In this document: positions 62,490 to 64,000 of the stretch, piece after piece | Layout of the letters: every line of letters begins with the position of its first letter | Numbering within the stretch: the first letter of the stretch is position 1 | DNA from: Callorhinchus milii | Taxonomy: Eukaryota | NCBI RefSeq assembly: GCF_018977255.1 | Contig: NW_024704742.1 | Span: forward strand, 69,194,001-69,258,000 | DNA: 64,000 nt | Direction: 5' to 3' | Notes under the pieces: generated by a model | What the model was told of the DNA's origin: nothing | Seen by the model: only the letters and a program-made list of their open reading frames with translations | Database searches by the model: none | Translations under genes and position numbers: made by a program

Positions 62490-63125
62490 GAGTGAGGGAG
62501 CGAGAAAGGTGCTGCATTATCAGAGGCACTGTGCTTCGGATGAGATGTTAAACCAAGATCCCGTCTATGCTTTGCTTTCGATTTCAAGAATCCTTTAACC
62601 CATTTACAAATCTCACTACCCACTGCTTCCGCTCGGCTATCTCTGGCATCCCGCTTGTCCCTCGTCCACTCCGCTCCACCATTGGTGGCTGTGCTTTCAG
62701 CTACTATGTCCCAAAGCTTTGGAACTCTCTTCCCCCAATCCCTCCGCCTTTCCCCTTCTCTTCTTTTCCGGTCACCTCCTCCCTCCATCTGGCTTCGTGT
62801 CAGTCTCCGCCAATGTTAAGCGCTCTGAAACGCTGCCATGCATGAAAGGGCACTATATAAATCAAGTTATTGTTATTGTCTGACTAGGTGGACGTTAAAG
62901 ATTTCATGGAGCGATTCGAAAATAGAAGGGAATTTCACTCTCTCGCTTCGTGGCCAACAACCCCCCAGTTACAATCAGTCACTCAGTCCATGGCTTTGTG
63001 GGACGTTGCTGGGTGAAAATTCGCTGTCGAGTTGGCCTTACCATATCACTTTACAGTATATCTTGTGACGTGCTTTGAGATGTCTCAACGATGTGATAAG
63101 GAGCTGTATCAAATGCAATGACAAT
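62490..63125 (+). mobile_element. SINE B split by an L2-family 3' fragment (about 62580-62880)
   Basis: Deu core breaks at CCCGTCT and resumes at GTCTGACTAGGTGGACGTTAAAG; the insert encodes RSTIGGCAFSYYVPKLWNSLP. Confidence 0.7.
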
Positions 63126-63189
63126 TTCAAGTCTCCAAATCAAATGACTGAGAACTCCAGTGTGTGTTTGAAAAATGAGACCCATTTAT

Positions 63190-63605
63190 CTGATATGGAG
63201 TGCAAACTCTCTCTCTTTCCCTCCTCCCTGGAAAGATTTGATCTAATTCCCAGACATTTAGGCAAAGGTTGGCAAGTGCCAAGCCTGAGGAACACTAGAT
63301 TATATGTTTGGGGGTAACTTCTTATTGTAATCACTGTCTGGCAGGCTTTTCTGCAGCTTGTGCAGATAGGACCACCCTAGCTGTCATGGCCTTTACTTGC
63401 AGGTTAACAGGAGCTGAGTTGGAAGAGTCCCTGCCCCAGTGACTGATCTGCCCTTCCACGTCCTGCCATTGAGCCAGGCTGGGCTGTGCCCTGGAATACC
63501 GCAGACCCGCCTGGCTCAGGAATCGGACTAGAGACCGTCACGAAGGATGGGCTTGATTCTGACATTCCGTTGCCGAGCACGTCAGCCTAGGGCTAGCTCA
63601 GCCCC
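63190..63605 (-). mobile_element. Element X, diverged copy containing the 5' region
   Basis: Reverse complement aligns to about 50451-50900. Confidence 0.75.
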
Positions 63606-63787
63606 TGCTAACCTCCCCCCAAACCCCAGGAGGCAAACACAGTCACTACACTTTACAATAAATCCTATGAAGCTCTTTGAGGATTGCTCCCGTCATGAAA
63701 TGAGCAAAGTCAAAAACAGGGATTGTTTGTGATTTATCACTTCAGCCACAAGATTATTAATAGCTCTGATAATATTTTTAAAAAAGG

Positions 63788-64000
63788 TTTTTTTGATCAG
63801 CCGGGTCTCTGACCCATCACCACGCTTAGGAGTCTCCAAACATGGAAATCCCAGAGATAGATTATTGGAATTGCTCTCTCCCTGGAGGGATACATCCTGT
63901 TTACCTAATTCCAGAAAGTATTAGAGGCACAGGTTGGCAAGAGCCAAGGCTTGGGGATCCCAGAGTGTGCGTTGAGGAACTGCTGGAGACTAACCAGCTA
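63788..64000 (-). mobile_element. Element X 3' part, cut by the window end
   Basis: Poly(T) followed by GATCAGCCGGGTCTCTGAC...CTGGAGACTAACCAGCTA. Confidence 0.8.

Noticed and set aside
1..64000. CRISPR arrays, rRNA genes, prokaryotic operons, LTR or endogenous-virus ORFs
   Set aside because: No regularly spaced repeat-spacer array and no such coding or RNA signatures were seen; the recurring sequences are dispersed retroposons.

Overview
Eukaryotic, repeat-dense vertebrate DNA. The mix of Deu-type SINEs, L2 and CR1 suggests a cartilaginous fish (inference only). The only recognisable protein-coding gene is a two-exon FoxI-class forkhead transcription factor on the + strand: CDS 29901-30459 joined to 33342-33874, 363 aa, phase-1 GT-AG intron, TATA box at about 29639, probable poly(A) signal at 35136. 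Most of the rest is interspersed repeat. (A) A tRNA-Ala-headed SINE with a CORE-like middle, a Deu-type 3' part and an L2-type stem-loop tail, about 30 copies or fragments including a young deletion subfamily. (B) A canonical Deu-domain SINE, about 25 copies or fragments. There are also L2 and CR1 LINE fragments and small Tc1/mariner-type DNA elements. (X) An element I cannot classify: at least 570 bp long, 5'-truncated, poly(A)-ended, present 11 times, with a 3' ~330 nt that reads as a chain of RNA hairpins. X is the best candidate for something undescribed. Several repeat-free islands carry GATA/FOX/TFAP2/DLX motif clusters and are candidate foxi enhancers. Repeat boundaries were read by eye and are approximate (about +/-10 bp unless a target-site duplication, TSD, is quoted). 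No database searches or folding programs were run.
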